Positions 54,026 through 63,722 of a DNA stretch of 64,000 nucleotides are shown piece after piece; position 1 is the first letter of the stretch; the number at the start of each line of letters is the position of its first letter. The stretch comes from Erysipelotrichaceae bacterium. Lineage in GTDB: Bacteria; Bacillota_I; Bacilli_A; ML615J-28; CAG-313. The notes under the pieces are model-generated. The model was given only the letters and a program-made list of their open reading frames with translations, was not told where the DNA came from and searched no databases. The stretch is from positions 16,724-80,723 of the forward strand of contig SVBG01000005.1 in NCBI GenBank assembly GCA_015059015.1. Direction: 5' to 3'. The position numbers and the translations under genes were made by a program.

Positions 54026-54763
54026 ATGCAACGTTATTTTGTTGAAAAAGATGCAATTAAAGAACCATTCATTTATATAACTGGTGATGATTGTCATCAT
54101 ATCTCTTTAGTTATGCGAATGAAACCTAATGATAAAGTATATATTAGTGATCAAACAAGATCATTTATTGCTAGCATTATAGATATTAAAAAAGAACTTG
54201 TAACACTTGAAATTATAGAGGAGTTACAAGAGGAAAAAGAATTGCCATTTAAGGTTAGTATTGCACAAGGACTTGTAAGAAGAGAAAAAATGGAAGAAGT
54301 AATTGATTATATTACTGAACTTGGTGCTACAAGTTATATTCCAGTTGTAATGAGTAGATCAATTGTAAAAGTGAATCTTGAGCAAATGGAAAAGAAAAGT
54401 ACTAGATATGCTAAAATAGCAAAAGAAGCTGCAGAACAAAGTCATCGTTTAAAGATTATGGAAGTTAAAAATGTAATGACTTGGAGAAACTTTTTAAATC
54501 ACGCAAAAGAATATGATTTATGTTTATATGCATATGAAGCTTCGCCTAAAGATGATTCATTAAAACAAATTTTAAGAACAAAAAAATATACTAATGTTTT
54601 AGTTGTCGTTGGACCTGAAGGTGGTATTAGTGATAAAGAAGTAGAAGATTTAAAGAAAAATAACTTTCTACCAATTAGTCTTGGACCTCGTATTTTAAGA
54701 ACACAAGTAGCACCATTATATGTAATGAGTGCACTTAGTTATGAGTGGGAGGCTAAAGGATGA
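54026..54763 (+). CDS. rsmE: 16S rRNA (uracil1498-N3)-methyltransferase RsmE
   Basis: AGGAG then ATG 54026, giving the canonical 'MQRYFV' N-terminus. 'VVVGPEGGISDKEV', 'ISLGPRILRTQVA' SPOUT knot. Confidence 0.9.
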   Translation: MQRYFVEKDAIKEPFIYITGDDCHHISLVMRMKPNDKVYISDQTRSFIASIIDIKKELVTLEIIEELQEEKELPFKVSIAQGLVRREKMEEVIDYITELGATSYIPVVMSRSIVKVNLEQMEKKSTRYAKIAKEAAEQSHRLKIMEVKNVMTWRNFLNHAKEYDLCLYAYEASPKDDSLKQILRTKKYTNVLVVVGPEGGISDKEVEDLKKNNFLPISLGPRILRTQVAPLYVMSALSYEWEAKG

Positions 54764-56061
54764 AAACATTTAGTATCTTAACTCTTGGTTGTAAGGTAAA
54801 TAGTTATGAAAGTGAAGCATTGATTAATAAACTTATTGATGAAGGGTATGAACTTAAAAACTTCAATGAAGTTTGTGATATCTATATTGTAAACTCATGT
54901 ACTGTTACAAAAACATCTGATCAAAAATCACGTCAAATGTTACATGCTGCAAGAAGAAAGAATAATAATGCTGTGATTGTTGTAATGGGATGTTATTCAC
55001 AACTTAATGAAAAAGAAGCAAGCACGATAGCAGATATAGTAGTAGGTACTAATAATAAACTTGATGTTGTAGAATTAATAGAAAGTTATTTAACTACAAA
55101 ACGTCAAATATTAAAAATAACAGATGTACTAAATAATCCTACATATGAAGAAATGAAAGTAAATGTTCTTAAAACACATACAAGAGCATTTATAAAAGTA
55201 CAAGATGGTTGTGAAAACTATTGTAGTTATTGTGCTATTCCATATTCAAGAGGTAAAATAAGAAGCCGTAGACCTGATAATGTTATTGAAGAGATTAAAT
55301 ATCTTGTTAATAGTGGTACTAAAGAAGTAATTCTTGCGGGAATTAATACTGGAACTTACGGAAAAGATTTAGGAAATATTAATTTAGCTAGTTTAATTAA
55401 GCGTATTATGGAGGAAACTAATCTTTATAGGTTGCGTTTATCTTCAATTGAACTTATGGAAATTACAGATGAGTTATTAAATGTTTTATATAAATATAAG
55501 GATCGTATCGCAAATCATTTACATATTCCTTGTCAAGGAGGATCAGATACTGTCTTAAAAAGAATGAATCGTAAATATACACTTATTGAATATGAAAATA
55601 GAATTAAAGATATAAGAAAAATGTTTCCTGATATTGCGCTTACAACAGATATTTTAGCTGGGTTTGTGGGAGAAACAATTGATGAATTTAATGAAACAAT
55701 TGAATTTATTAAAAGAACAAAATTTTACGAAATGCATGTCTTCCCATATTCTAGAAGATGTAATACTGTAGCTGATACACTAGAAGGTCATTTAGAAAAA
55801 TCTGTTATAACTACACGTGCTAAAGAAATTAGTAACTTAGCAGAAATTTTAAAAGAAGAATATATTAATAATTATATAGGATGTGAAGTCTATGTACTTG
55901 CTGAGGCTAAGAAAAAGAATTATTGTCATGGACATACTAGTAATTATTTAGACGTTTATTTTGAAAGTAATCAAGATTTAGAAAATAAAATTGTAAAAGT
56001 AAAAATAAAATCTTATGATAATAAAATAATATTGGGAGAAATGGAGGAAGTTTATGAGTAG
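54760..56061 (+). CDS. mtaB: tRNA (t6A37) methylthiotransferase MtaB (MiaB-like radical SAM)
   Basis: 'TLGCKVNSYESE' UPF0004 domain, 'CENYCSYCAIPYSRG' radical SAM motif, C-terminal TRAM. rsmE-mtaB synteny (B. subtilis yqeU-yqeV). Confidence 0.85.
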   Translation: MKTFSILTLGCKVNSYESEALINKLIDEGYELKNFNEVCDIYIVNSCTVTKTSDQKSRQMLHAARRKNNNAVIVVMGCYSQLNEKEASTIADIVVGTNNKLDVVELIESYLTTKRQILKITDVLNNPTYEEMKVNVLKTHTRAFIKVQDGCENYCSYCAIPYSRGKIRSRRPDNVIEEIKYLVNSGTKEVILAGINTGTYGKDLGNINLASLIKRIMEETNLYRLRLSSIELMEITDELLNVLYKYKDRIANHLHIPCQGGSDTVLKRMNRKYTLIEYENRIKDIRKMFPDIALTTDILAGFVGETIDEFNETIEFIKRTKFYEMHVFPYSRRCNTVADTLEGHLEKSVITTRAKEISNLAEILKEEYINNYIGCEVYVLAEAKKKNYCHGHTSNYLDVYFESNQDLENKIVKVKIKSYDNKIILGEMEEVYE

Positions 56062-57385
56062 TTTTAAAGATTATCATTTTAAAGAATATATCAATGAAGC
56101 TTTAAAAGAAGTTAATTTTACCTCTCCAACACTTGTTCAGACTAAAGTTTTACCTAAAGCAATTAAAGGTCAAAGCTTAATGGTTGAAAGTGCAACAGGT
56201 AGTGGTAAAACACATTCATTTATGATTCCTATTTTTCAAAACTTAGATGTTCATGATAAAAGTTGTCAAGCAGTAATAATATCTCCAACAAGAGAACTAG
56301 CGGAACAACTTTATAATGTTGCAAGTCAAATTGCTAAGCATTCAAATCCTGAAATTACGATTGCAAAAGTAATGGGTGGAATAGATAGAGATACAGAACT
56401 AAAAAGATATGAAAAATTAGAACCACAAATAGTAATTGGAACAATTGGTAGAATTCATGATTTAGTTATTGAATCAAATGTTTTAAAGATTCATAATGCT
56501 AAAACAATTGTAATTGATGAAGCGGATATGATTTTTGAAGAAAAAGAAATCGTAGAAGTTGACCATATTATGGGTAAAATCCAAGATATGCCACAATTCT
56601 TAATCTTTTCTGCAACAATTTCAAAAGGTTTAAGAGCATTTTTAAATAAATATTTACAAAATATTGAAACAATTGTCTTAGAAGAAAAGAATCTTACTAA
56701 AGTTAATATTGAACATTTAATGTTACAATGTAAAGCTAAACAAAAAGAACATGTATTACTTGATTTACTTAAAATTATTAATCCTTATCTTGCGATTATA
56801 TTTGTAAACAAAAAAGATAAAGTAGAAACTTTATCAATGATGCTTGCAGAAAATGGGTATAAAGTAGGTAAAATTCATGGTGATATGAATGATAGAGACC
56901 GAAAACAAATGTTAAGAAGGATTAAGAATCTTGAATTTAAATATGTAGTAGCAAGTGATATTGCTGCACGTGGTATTGATATTGAAGGTGTTAGTCACGT
57001 TGTAAATTTTGATTTACCTGTTGATACTGAGTTCTATATTCACAGAACTGGTCGTACTGCAAGATTTAATAATACTGGTGTTGCAATAAGTTTATATGCA
57101 TATGATGATGATGCTTATGTAACGGGTTTAAGAGAAAAAGGTTTAGTTGTTAAATTTGTAAAAATTAGTGATGGAGAACTTGTTCAAACTAAACTTGTAA
57201 AACGTCAATCTAGAAGTTTTGTAAGAGAAATCGAAGAAAAAGTTCATCAACAAGTAAGAATGCCAAAAAAAGTAAAGCCTGGTTATAAGAAAAAACGTAA
57301 AGCTGAAATTGATAAAAAAATTAGAAAAGCTAAACGTGAGTATATTGCAGAAATTTATAAAAGAAAAGCAAAGGAAAAGAAATAA
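56054..57385 (+). CDS. cshB: DEAD-box ATP-dependent RNA helicase (CshB-like)
   Basis: Q motif 'FTSPTLVQ', 'SATGSGKTHSF', 'VIDEADMIF', 'FSATIS', 'ARGIDI', 'HRTGRTAR'. Basic C-terminal tail. Followed by nfo, as in B. subtilis yqfR-yqfS. Confidence 0.85.
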   Translation: MSSFKDYHFKEYINEALKEVNFTSPTLVQTKVLPKAIKGQSLMVESATGSGKTHSFMIPIFQNLDVHDKSCQAVIISPTRELAEQLYNVASQIAKHSNPEITIAKVMGGIDRDTELKRYEKLEPQIVIGTIGRIHDLVIESNVLKIHNAKTIVIDEADMIFEEKEIVEVDHIMGKIQDMPQFLIFSATISKGLRAFLNKYLQNIETIVLEEKNLTKVNIEHLMLQCKAKQKEHVLLDLLKIINPYLAIIFVNKKDKVETLSMMLAENGYKVGKIHGDMNDRDRKQMLRRIKNLEFKYVVASDIAARGIDIEGVSHVVNFDLPVDTEFYIHRTGRTARFNNTGVAISLYAYDDDAYVTGLREKGLVVKFVKISDGELVQTKLVKRQSRSFVREIEEKVHQQVRMPKKVKPGYKKKRKAEIDKKIRKAKREYIAEIYKRKAKEKK

Positions 57386-58287
57386 TGAAAATAGGATGTC
57401 ATGTAGGTAATAGTGGGCCTCTTATGCTTGCAGGAAGTATTAAAGAAGCACTTTCTTATGATGCTAACTGTTTTATGGTATACTTAGGACCTCCGCAAAA
57501 TACGATTAGAAAACCTATTGAAAGTATGAATGCAACTCTTATGGCAGAAATTGCTAAAGAAAATAACATCAATTTAGATGATGTTATTATTCATGCTCCA
57601 TATATTGTAAATCTTGCAAGAAAAGACCCTGAAAAGTTTGAATTTGCAGTAAGATTTATTGCAACAGAGGTAAGTGGTGTTCATAATATTGGGTGTAAAT
57701 ATTTAGTCCTTCATCCTGGATCGGCTGTTGATTCAGAAAGAAATGAAGCTTTAAATCAAGTTGCAAGAGGGATAAATGAAATTATTAAAATAACTCCTGA
57801 TGCACGTACCGTTATAGCTATTGAAACGATGGCTGGAAAAGGTAATGAAGTAGGAAGAACATTTGAAGAAATTAAATATATTATTGACCAAGTAGAGAAC
57901 AAATCACGTGTTGGTGTATGTCTTGACACTTGTCATGTTAACGATGGTGGTTATGATTTAGTAAATAATTATGAAAATGTTATTAAGGAATTTGATGAAG
58001 TAATTGGACTTGAATACTTAAAAGTAATTCATGTAAATGACTCTAAAAATCCTCTTGCTTCCCATAAAGATCGTCATGAAAATATAGGTTTTGGTGCTTT
58101 AGGATTTGAAACAGTTATGAAAATCTTTAATGATGAGAGATTTATTAATATTCCTAAAATTTTAGAAACTCCATATGTTGCGTCTTTAGATAATAAAAAT
58201 AATTATCCTCCATATAAATATGAAATTGCAATGATTAAAAGTGGTGTTTTTGATCCAAATTTAAAAGATAAAATAAGAAATATATAA
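57385..58287 (+). CDS. nfo: Deoxyribonuclease IV (endonuclease IV)
   Basis: 'MKIGCHVG', 'HAPYIVNLA', 'LVLHPGS', 'IAIETMAGKGNEVG', 'VCLDTCH', 'IHVNDSKN...KDRHENIG'. Confidence 0.9.
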   Translation: MKIGCHVGNSGPLMLAGSIKEALSYDANCFMVYLGPPQNTIRKPIESMNATLMAEIAKENNINLDDVIIHAPYIVNLARKDPEKFEFAVRFIATEVSGVHNIGCKYLVLHPGSAVDSERNEALNQVARGINEIIKITPDARTVIAIETMAGKGNEVGRTFEEIKYIIDQVENKSRVGVCLDTCHVNDGGYDLVNNYENVIKEFDEVIGLEYLKVIHVNDSKNPLASHKDRHENIGFGALGFETVMKIFNDERFINIPKILETPYVASLDNKNNYPPYKYEIAMIKSGVFDPNLKDKIRNI

Positions 58288-58304
58288 AATGAAAGGAGAA
58301 TAGT

Positions 58305-60845
58305 ATGAAACATTTTATAAAATCATTATTAAGTCTTGTTTTAATTATTAATTTATTAGTTGTTTTGACATTAAGTGCTAAACCAACTGTAAATTTTGAA
58401 AGTGAAACTATTAAATCTTATACAGATATAGTTTCAAGTGATGTTTATGGTGTTGCAACAATTAACCAAACTACTATTACATCTTATAATAAACGAGTAA
58501 TCGTTGAAGGTAAACTTGCTGATCATAACTCTTATTGGTTAGAACCAAATGTCAGTCTTGCTGATTCTGATTTAAGAGTTGTAAACTACACTTCAGGTTC
58601 TGCAACTAACTGGAAAGGTGTAAAACCAACTGAACTTGCAAAAATCTATGAAGAAGAAAATCCAGGATGGATTGTTGTAGGTGGTACAAATGGAGATTTC
58701 TTCTGGATTACTGACAACTGTGAAATTCAAGGTACTTCAATGCAAGAAGGCGATTTCTATAAACCTTATGATTATAATGTTGGTGAGCATATGGCAATCG
58801 GTTTTAGAGATGATGGTACATATGTATATGGAATAGTTGACGCTTCAGATAAACAATATGTTCAAGTATTAGGTGAAGATGGTAAATATACTGATGTTGT
58901 AATGATTAATGATGTAGATGATACGCCTACTGCTACAGGTGTAACACTACTTACTAGATTTACAACTTGTCCAACTCCTTATGAAGATGTTGAATTTGTA
59001 GGTACTTTACCGTATGATTTAACTGGATATACAGTTTATAAAGTTAAATATGACGTTCAAAGATTTGACCGTGATGGTAGTGCAAAAGTTGGAGAACATC
59101 GTGTATTTGTAAAGGGGACAGTAACAGAAATTGTTAATGATGTTAAAACACTTGAAATAGATGATAAAGAACAATTAAGTTATTTAGTTACAAAAGATGA
59201 TTCATTATCAACTCTTAAAGTTGGTGATCAAGTACGTTGTCAATGTAAACTTGAAGGTGAATGGGAAGGTGTAACAAATATTACAAGTGCGTATAATCAA
59301 GTACTAAAGAATGGTGAAGTTATAGACTATAATCTACCACACGATTGCGATTCAGGGTATGTTAACGCTATTAAAAACAGAACAATTATGGGATTTAAAG
59401 CTGATGGAACACCAATTATGATGGTAGTAGAAAAAGGGGCATACGGTGCTTCTTATGAAGAATGTGGTGAAATTCTAAAAGGTCTTGGTTGTGTTGAAGG
59501 ATTCCTATTTGATGGTGGTGGATCAAGTTGTATTTTTGTAAGAGATAATTCTGGTGGTTTTGTTACTTTAAATAAACATGAAGATGGTCGTGAAAGAAGT
59601 GATGGTAATGCTGTGTTCTTTGTTAAACGTGATCCAGGATTTAATATTATTGTTAATGATTTAGAACGTTTCTCTGCAACTATTAAATTAGATATTACTA
59701 ATCAAGATTATTTTAATGAATTATCTAATATTAAAGTTACTTTAAATGGAGTAACTAAAGATTATGATCCTAACGGATTAAAATTTGATAATTTAGAAGA
59801 AAATACTGAATATGTAGTAAATGTTTTGTATGAATTGAAAAGAAATACTGATAGCGATAAAATAGTTAATAGTTCGCATTCTAAACAATTTAAAACACAT
59901 GGATTCTCTGCCCCTAAACATGGATTAAGTATTGAAAATGTAACTCATAATTCGTTTACAGTTAAGAAAAATACTGAACTTGAAACTTCAAGTTGGATTC
60001 AAGATGTAGTTATTCATGTTGGAAGAACTACATATAATATGGGAAATAAGTCTGAAATTGTTTGTGATGATTTAGACAAAAATACAGAATATGAAGTTTA
60101 TTTTGAATATGTTGTTGTAGATCCTGAAAGTGGAAAAGAGTATCCACTATCATCTAATCCTACATATATTTATACTTTACCATTCTGTGTACCTGCAATA
60201 ATTAAATTTGAAGAATCAAGAAAAGGAACATCATCATTAACATTAGATTATGAATATTTAGATGATGATAAAGTTGTGTCTAAAGCTTATATTGAAGTAA
60301 ATGGAGAAATTGCAAAAGAATTATCTATCAAATATGGTAAGGTAACGCTTACTGGTCTTGATTTTGATGAAAATAACTATACAATTAAATTAGTTTTAGA
60401 ATATTTAGATGATAGTGAAAACACAATTATCGTAGAATCAAATGAATTAGTATATGAAAAAGAACATGTTCACAACTTTGTTGATGGTAAGTGTGAATGT
60501 GGTGAAACAGATCCAAACTACGTTCCACCACATGTACATGAATTTGTTGATGGTAAGTGTGAATGTGGCGAAACAGATCCAAACTATGTACCACCACATG
60601 TACATGAATTTGTAGAAGGCAAGTGTGAATGTGGTGAAGAAGATCCAAATTATGTAGCACCACATGAACACAACTTTGTAGAAGGCAAGTGCGAATGTGG
60701 TGAAACAGATCCAAATTATGTAGAACCTAACGATCCACAACCTGAACCTGCAAAGAAAAAATGCGGTAAGAAGAGTGCAGAATTAGTTGTTGCAATGTTA
60801 TCTTTAACTGCAGTAATTGGCTTATTCTTTAGAAAGAGAAAATAA
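58305..60845 (+). CDS. Surface protein: phosphodiester glycosidase (NAGPA/DUF2233) domain + Ig/Fn3-like modules + 4 His/Cys repeats + C-terminal TM anchor
   Basis: Signal peptide. 'VGGTNGDFFW' and 'GFLFDGGGSSCIFV' NAGPA motifs. Repeated ~90-aa beta-rich modules containing 'EENTEYVVNVLYE' / 'DKNTEYEVYFEYV'. 22-aa repeats at 60465-60728. C-terminus 'KKKCGKKSAELVVAMLSLTAVIGLFFRKRK'. Confidence 0.75.
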   Translation: MKHFIKSLLSLVLIINLLVVLTLSAKPTVNFESETIKSYTDIVSSDVYGVATINQTTITSYNKRVIVEGKLADHNSYWLEPNVSLADSDLRVVNYTSGSATNWKGVKPTELAKIYEEENPGWIVVGGTNGDFFWITDNCEIQGTSMQEGDFYKPYDYNVGEHMAIGFRDDGTYVYGIVDASDKQYVQVLGEDGKYTDVVMINDVDDTPTATGVTLLTRFTTCPTPYEDVEFVGTLPYDLTGYTVYKVKYDVQRFDRDGSAKVGEHRVFVKGTVTEIVNDVKTLEIDDKEQLSYLVTKDDSLSTLKVGDQVRCQCKLEGEWEGVTNITSAYNQVLKNGEVIDYNLPHDCDSGYVNAIKNRTIMGFKADGTPIMMVVEKGAYGASYEECGEILKGLGCVEGFLFDGGGSSCIFVRDNSGGFVTLNKHEDGRERSDGNAVFFVKRDPGFNIIVNDLERFSATIKLDITNQDYFNELSNIKVTLNGVTKDYDPNGLKFDNLEENTEYVVNVLYELKRNTDSDKIVNSSHSKQFKTHGFSAPKHGLSIENVTHNSFTVKKNTELETSSWIQDVVIHVGRTTYNMGNKSEIVCDDLDKNTEYEVYFEYVVVDPESGKEYPLSSNPTYIYTLPFCVPAIIKFEESRKGTSSLTLDYEYLDDDKVVSKAYIEVNGEIAKELSIKYGKVTLTGLDFDENNYTIKLVLEYLDDSENTIIVESNELVYEKEHVHNFVDGKCECGETDPNYVPPHVHEFVDGKCECGETDPNYVPPHVHEFVEGKCECGEEDPNYVAPHEHNFVEGKCECGETDPNYVEPNDPQPEPAKKKCGKKSAELVVAMLSLTAVIGLFFRKRK
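60465..60728 (+). repeat. 4 x 66-nt (22-aa) coding tandem repeat, same family as in the GH5 genes
   Basis: HVHNFVDGKCECGETDPNYVPP / HVHEFVDGKCECGETDPNYVPP / HVHEFVEGKCECGEEDPNYVAP / HEHNFVEGKCECGETDPNYVEP. Confidence 0.95.
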
Positions 60846-60851
60846 AAAAGG

Positions 60852-60887
60852 GGTATAACTACTTATAATGGGTAGTTATACCTTTTC
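60852..60887. terminator. Bidirectional intrinsic terminator between convergent genes
   Basis: GGTATAACTAC-TTATAATGG-GTAGTTATACC with an upstream A-run and downstream TTTTC. Confidence 0.75.
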
Positions 60888-60890
60888 TTA

Positions 60891-61934
60891 TTATATAATA
60901 TTTAAAATTTCATGTTTTAATTCTTCTATGATATTTTCTTCTTTTATTTTTCTAATAATTTCACCATGTTTAAAAAGTACGGCTTCATTATTTCCACCTG
61001 CGATACCAATATCCGCATGCCTTGCCTCACCTGGTCCATTGACTACACACCCCATAATTGCAACTGTAATATTAGAATTAATAGTATTTAAGAATTTTTC
61101 AATCTCATTAACAATATTAACCATATTGTATTTTGTTCTTCCACATGTTGGACAACAAATAAGGGTAGGTTTAGTATAAAGATTATGCATGCTTAAGATT
61201 TCTTTACAAGTTGGAATTTCATTAACTGGATCACCATTTAGTGAAACTCTAATAGTACTACCGATTCCTTTATTAAGAAGAACACCAAGTGCATAACTCG
61301 ATCTAATAGAACCCGCAAGAACTGTTCCTGACTCTGTTAATCCAATATGAATTGGATAATCAAAATGTTCATTTAATAATTCATTAGTTTTAATAGTATT
61401 TTCAATATTCGTAGATTTTATGCTTAAAACAATATTATGAAAATCAAGAGATTCAAGTAGTCTAACATGATTAGTAATACTTTCTAACATTGCCTCAGGT
61501 GTAGGACCATTATATTTTTCTAATAGCTGTTTCTCAACTGAACCACTATTAATACCAATTCTTATTGGGATATTATATTCTTTTGCAACATCAACTACTT
61601 TTTTTACATTTGCAAAACTTCCAATATTTCCTGGATTTATTCTAATTTTATCAGCACCTGACTTAATAGCTTCTATTGCTAATCTATAATCAAAGTGAAT
61701 ATCTGCAACAATAGGAATATTAATATGTTTTTTTATTTCAGTAATTGCAAGAGCATCCTCGTCATCTAATATAGCAACTCTTACTATCATACAACCAATA
61801 TTTTCTAAAGCAAGAATTTGCTCAACTGTTTTATCAATATCTTTAGTTGGTGTATTTGTCATTGATTGGATTGCAACTGGATGATTACCACCAATAATGA
61901 CATTACCAATTTTAACTTCTTTTTTAGTTTTCAT
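60891..61934 (-). CDS. ispG: 4-hydroxy-3-methylbut-2-en-1-yl diphosphate synthase IspG/GcpE
   Basis: 'VKIGNVIIGGNHPVAIQSMTNT', 'RINPGNIG', 'IRIGINSGS', Fe-S Cys residues 'CPTCGRT' and 'MGCVVNGPGE'. Confidence 0.95.
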   Translation of the reverse strand: MKTKKEVKIGNVIIGGNHPVAIQSMTNTPTKDIDKTVEQILALENIGCMIVRVAILDDEDALAITEIKKHINIPIVADIHFDYRLAIEAIKSGADKIRINPGNIGSFANVKKVVDVAKEYNIPIRIGINSGSVEKQLLEKYNGPTPEAMLESITNHVRLLESLDFHNIVLSIKSTNIENTIKTNELLNEHFDYPIHIGLTESGTVLAGSIRSSYALGVLLNKGIGSTIRVSLNGDPVNEIPTCKEILSMHNLYTKPTLICCPTCGRTKYNMVNIVNEIEKFLNTINSNITVAIMGCVVNGPGEARHADIGIAGGNNEAVLFKHGEIIRKIKEENIIEELKHEILNII

Positions 61935-61949
61935 AAGTCTCCTTTTTCT

Positions 61950-61977
61950 AAAAAAACTCTAAAGAATCTTTAGAGTT
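61950..61977 (-). terminator. Terminator-like hairpin between the HTH gene and ispG (minus strand)
   Basis: On the minus strand: AACTCTAAA-GATT-CTTTAGAGTT followed by TTTTTTT. It ends only ~5 nt before the ispG RBS, leaving no room for a separate ispG promoter. Confidence 0.6.
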
Positions 61978-61980
61978 AGT

Positions 61981-62601
61981 TTATTTTTTAGTAGATTTTT
62001 TTGTTGTTTTTGTTTTGGTAGTAGTAGTTCTAGGCTTTCTTGCAGGTTTAATTGTAGTACTTGCAACAACCTTTTTACCACTAGGATTGTTAGTTGTTTT
62101 TCTATCATAAATTCTAACAATTTGAATAATTTTATTTCCTTGTTCATCGTAACTAATTACCTTACGTTTCTTTGCTTTACGTTGTGGAGAACGAATACGA
62201 CCTTTTCTTAAGAAATTATAAATTGTACTACGTGATGCTTGAACACCATATTCTTCTTGAATAATTCTTGCAAACTCACTAAAGTTAGTACCACGGAAAC
62301 TTTTACGATAAATTTTACAAACAAATACACCGATTTCTTCATCATATGTATTGTATGGTTTATAGTTTTTATTTTTATGAATTACACCTTCACGTCCTTC
62401 ATTTAAAACTTGACGTTTTAAGTTTCTTACTTGACGAGTTGTAATTCCTAATTTCTCTGCAGCTTGAGTTCCATTGATTTCACCATTAATTAATGATGTA
62501 ATTACTCTTAATTTTTTCTTTTCGTTTTTTGATAATTTCTTTGGTTTTTCATCAAGAGTAAAATCATTAATGTTAATAGCATCAGTTAGTTGTGTACTCA
62601 T
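61981..62601 (-). CDS. HTH-domain protein resembling only the N-terminal DNA-binding part of a DDE transposase (no catalytic domain), with Lys/Thr-rich tail
   Basis: AAAGGAG then ATG at 62601 (MSTQLTD). 'TQAAEKLGITTRQVRNLKRQVLNEGREGVIHKNKN' and 'FSEFARIIQEEYGVQASRSTIYNFLRKGRI' look like the tandem HTH N-terminus of ISNCY/IS481-like transposases. The ORF ends in 'RKPRTTTTKTKTTKKSTKK' instead of an rve domain. Confidence 0.55.
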   Translation of the reverse strand: MSTQLTDAININDFTLDEKPKKLSKNEKKKLRVITSLINGEINGTQAAEKLGITTRQVRNLKRQVLNEGREGVIHKNKNYKPYNTYDEEIGVFVCKIYRKSFRGTNFSEFARIIQEEYGVQASRSTIYNFLRKGRIRSPQRKAKKRKVISYDEQGNKIIQIVRIYDRKTTNNPSGKKVVASTTIKPARKPRTTTTKTKTTKKSTKK

Positions 62602-62789
62602 AATGACTCCTTTCATGTCTTTTATAAAATTCATTGATAATATTATACAAAATTTTTTTATAATTTTCAAATAAAATGAATAGGAAATAATTATGTAATA
62701 AAGTTTTATAGTATAATGATTAATATTTATTCAAATTTCTTTTATTTTTCTACTAAATGTTATATAATAATAAAAAAAGAGGTAAACAA

Positions 62790-63452
62790 ATGAAGTTAGA
62801 AATACTATATGAAGATAATCACATCATTGTAGCAGTAAAACCTGTTGGAGTACTTAGTCAAGAAGACCATACAAAAGACCCTGATATGTTAACATTATTA
62901 AAAGAATATTTAAAAGTTAAATATAATAAACCAGGTAATGTTTATTTAGGACTTGTTATGAGACTTGATCGAATGACAAGTGGTGTAATGGTTTTTGCAA
63001 AAACTTCTAAAGCAGCTGCAAGAATTTCAGAACAAATTAGAAATGGTGAAGTATTGAAAAAATATGTTGCTATTGTAAATGGTAAAATAAATAATTATGG
63101 AACACTGAAAGATTATTTAATTAAAGATGAAAAACTTGTTAAATCATTTGTTACAACTAAAGAAAAAGGAAAACTTGCTGTACTTGATTATAATTTAATT
63201 AAATTTATTGATAATTTAAGTATTGTTGATATTTTGCTACATACAGGACGTCATCATCAAATTAGAGTTCAATTTTCTAATATGGGGAATCCTTTATATG
63301 GAGATAAACTATATGGTGGATTAGGTGAAAATCATATGCATTTACATGCTTATTATTTATCATTTGTTCATCCAGTTACAAAAGAACCAATGAAATTTAA
63401 AAATAAACCAAGTGGTAATCTTTGGGATAAATTAAATATCGATAATTTATAG
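62790..63452 (+). CDS. RluA-family pseudouridine synthase
   Basis: AGAGG then ATG 62790 (ORF-track start 62757 lacks an RBS). 'LVMRLDRMTSGVMVFAKT' catalytic Asp motif, 'HTGRHHQIRVQF'. No S4 domain. Confidence 0.85.
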   Translation: MKLEILYEDNHIIVAVKPVGVLSQEDHTKDPDMLTLLKEYLKVKYNKPGNVYLGLVMRLDRMTSGVMVFAKTSKAAARISEQIRNGEVLKKYVAIVNGKINNYGTLKDYLIKDEKLVKSFVTTKEKGKLAVLDYNLIKFIDNLSIVDILLHTGRHHQIRVQFSNMGNPLYGDKLYGGLGENHMHLHAYYLSFVHPVTKEPMKFKNKPSGNLWDKLNIDNL

Positions 63453-63461
63453 TTTTGATAG

Positions 63462-63536
63462 ACCTTAATAGTTTAATGGATAAAATATAAGATTCCGATT
63501 CTTATGATATAGGTTCGATTCCTATTTAAGGTGCCA
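63462..63536 (+). tRNA. tRNA-Arg (anticodon CCG), CCA encoded
   Basis: Folded by hand. Acceptor ACCTTAA/TTAAGGT. D arm GTTT-AATGGATA-AAAT. Anticodon arm TAAGA-TTCCGAT-TCTTA (anticodon CCG). Variable loop TGAT. T arm ATAGG-TTCGATT-CCTAT. Discriminator G, then CCA. Confidence 0.85.
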
Positions 63537-63628
63537 TTAGAATGTGTCTATAAGTCATTAATATGAATCATTGATTCATAATGTTTATAGTGAAAATATA
63601 ACGATTTTAACATCAAAATCAAGGAATT

Positions 63629-63656
63629 ATGCATCTTTTTAGGTGCATTTTTTTAT
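63629..63656 (+). terminator. Intrinsic terminator downstream of the tRNA
   Basis: ATGCATC-TTTTTA-GGTGCAT (one G-U pair) followed by TTTTTTTAT. Confidence 0.6.
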
Positions 63657-63722
63657 TTTCTAATAAGAAATAGAGTTTTGTTCGGTTAATGAGATTTGAA
63701 CCAATAGTACACATCTATATAT

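Noticed and set aside
60868-61179. 103-aa plus-strand ORF overlapping the 3' part of ispG
   Set aside because: It is antisense to a highly conserved ispG coding sequence and starts inside the bidirectional terminator. It has no RBS.
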